Origin: Octopus bimaculoides
Taxonomy: Eukaryota
Assembly: GCF_001194135.2 (NCBI RefSeq)
Contig: NC_068986.1
Location: 45,354,893 to 45,418,892, forward strand
Reading direction: 5' to 3'
DNA: 64,000 nucleotides
Below the pieces are notes generated by a model, which saw only the letters and a list, made by a program, of their open reading frames with translations, was not told the origin of the DNA and searched no databases. Below are positions 62,281 to 64,000 of this stretch, piece after piece (the stretch's first letter is position 1; each line of letters opens with the position of its first letter). A program made the translations under genes and the position numbers.

Positions 62281-63752
62281 TTATATACTCTGATATATGA
62301 GTTTGTACAGTAAAACAAAGACTGCCTGTTTGATAAATAATAGTCTATATATACTTGTTAAAGGCAGAACAATTGCACATACACGCGCGCGAAGGTGTAT
62401 ACATATATATTGCCTCTCTAACTCGCTTTCTCTTTCTCACTGTGCGAGTGTGTGTGTGTATGTCTCTCTTTTTCTCTCTCTCACACACACTTTCTGTCCC
62501 CCCTCTCTCTCAGATTCATTTATTCTCTCAACTTTCTTTACTCTGTTCCACTACTCGCATGCACTACATTCCAATTCCCGTCTTCTATCTCCGCCAACCA
62601 CTCCTTATATATTCTTACGTATGTTAACAAAACACCTCCGATCTCCACTTCTTTCGTTTTGCTACCCTTTAATTGATCCCTTATTGTTTTATTTTTTTCC
62701 TTTTAATATTATTATCGGCTTCTCTCCTTGCTCTTTCTTCTTTTCGTTACATCAACAGTATTACAAATTTCTGGAAAATTGTATTTTGCTTATTGATTTT
62801 TCTTCTGTCTTTCGCTCTCACATTCTCATTCTCATTTTCCCGTTTATATTAGTACAAAGCATGAGTCATGCAACAGTTGCAGCGTCATTTTCGCTTTCCT
62901 ATTCTCCAAGATAGGGATAAAACCATGTGCTTCGTTTTTTTGTGTCTATGGATGGAAAATGCAAAGACGTTTCGCTTCACCAATCTAACAGGTGGTTTCT
63001 GGTGACTTAATCACCTACCTCTTGAACATGTACCACTCGCAAACAAATATACATAAGAGCGACTATTTAATTATAAGTAAACAGACATGCACGTGTGTAC
63101 ACGCCTACGTACGAACACACACGTAAATGCACAAATATCAAGACGAGAGCTATACTGGAGCACCGGCTCACACGCACTTACATAAGTGTGCCCCCATCAA
63201 CTTTGTTTCCTCATAAATTTCAGAAAAATGGATTTTTGTAAATGAAATTTTACATAAATATCTTTCAGATTGTGTTGATTCCGGTTATATCGGAAATATT
63301 AATGAACTTTTAGAGTTTTATTTATATTCTAACACAAATCGATAACAATAACCTCAGTACTAGATTAGTATCGGAGAGATGAAAGGCAAAGTTGGCCTTG
63401 CTGGTATTTGAACTCAGAACTTTAAATCGGAATAAATACATAAATACCTCCAGTCGTTTTGTCTGATGGTCTCATAATTTCTGCCAGCCCCTATTTATTT
63501 TCCCGTTTTTTCTTGTGATTTTTCTTGTATTAGTGTCTTGATTTGCAAATTGAATGGACCGTGTACTCAGAGCCAAAACATTGCTTGGAGCCATAAGGCA
63601 GGTTATAAAGACCTACCTAGATCCGCGTCTCCAAAGCAAGAAATTACCAGTAGCTCCTATCTTTATAATGTGTACGTTACACGATATTCATCTCTCACTG
63701 GACGAAGTACTTTTTGTTGATCTTACCTTAATGTAACAGTAAACTATAAAAA

Positions 63753-63975
63753 TTCTGTTGTGTCTGGGGAGAGTCATTCTCTTTTAGTGCCTTATAATTT
63801 AAAACACTTACCGGTAAAATTTCCACTTATTTCTTTTTTACTTTTCTAAAATTTTCATTGCGTCTTGCAACCTTACAACGAAAATTTTAGAAAAAAAAAA
63901 TAAGTAGAAATTTTACCGGTGAATCTGTTAAATTATAAGGCACTAAAAGAGAATGACTCTTCCCAGACAACAGAA
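63753..63975. repeat. Long inverted repeat (~100-bp arms, 25-nt loop), part of an interspersed element
   Basis: 63753-63855 is approximately the reverse complement of 63881-63975 (GAGTCATTCTCTTTTAGTGCCTTATAATTTAA / TTAAATTATAAGGCACTAAAAGAGAATGACTC). Confidence 0.9.
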
Positions 63976-64000
63976 TATGCTTCAACACACGAACTCACAT

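Larger units (their letters stand above)
61450..64000. promoter_or_regulatory. CpG-retaining, probably unmethylated promoter/intergenic region
   Basis: Hand count of ~22 CpG in 61441-62280 versus ~1 in the unique 840 bp at 49801-50640. Consistent with invertebrate gene-body methylation ending at a promoter. Confidence 0.55.

Overview
Eukaryotic, AT-rich, repeat-dominated genomic DNA with seven sizeable N gaps. The SINE/LINE families and dense (TA)n/(CA)n/(GA)n tracts look like an octopus (coleoid cephalopod) assembly; this is an inference from recognising repeat families, not a database result. Most of the window is transposable-element debris: two RTE LINE families (one with a PHD-type C4HC3 finger after the RT core and a 3'UTR built of ~66-bp hairpin repeats), Tx1/L1-like and CR1-Zenon-like LINE fragments, at least four tRNA-derived SINE heads combined with interchangeable tails, a Helitron 3' fragment (PIF1-like helicase, terminal hairpin, CTAG), a DD37D (maT) and a DD34D mariner deletion derivative, and mariner, piggyBac-like (TTAA) and hAT-like MITEs. 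CpG density rises sharply at ~61.45 kb, next to a minus-strand GTAAG donor. This suggests a promoter and first exon of a long minus-strand gene whose possible last exon (19192-19357) encodes a transmembrane helix plus basic tail. Internal exons could only be guessed and no host gene could be named. A plus-strand exon pair at 35.0-35.4 kb weakly resembles mu-class glutathione S-transferase. I found no CRISPR array, rRNA, intact tRNA or prokaryotic operon, and no convincingly new biological system. The best leads are listed as findings. Almost all ORFs in the supplied track are microsatellite, gap or TE artefacts. Repeat boundaries are approximate unless a TSD or TIR is quoted.
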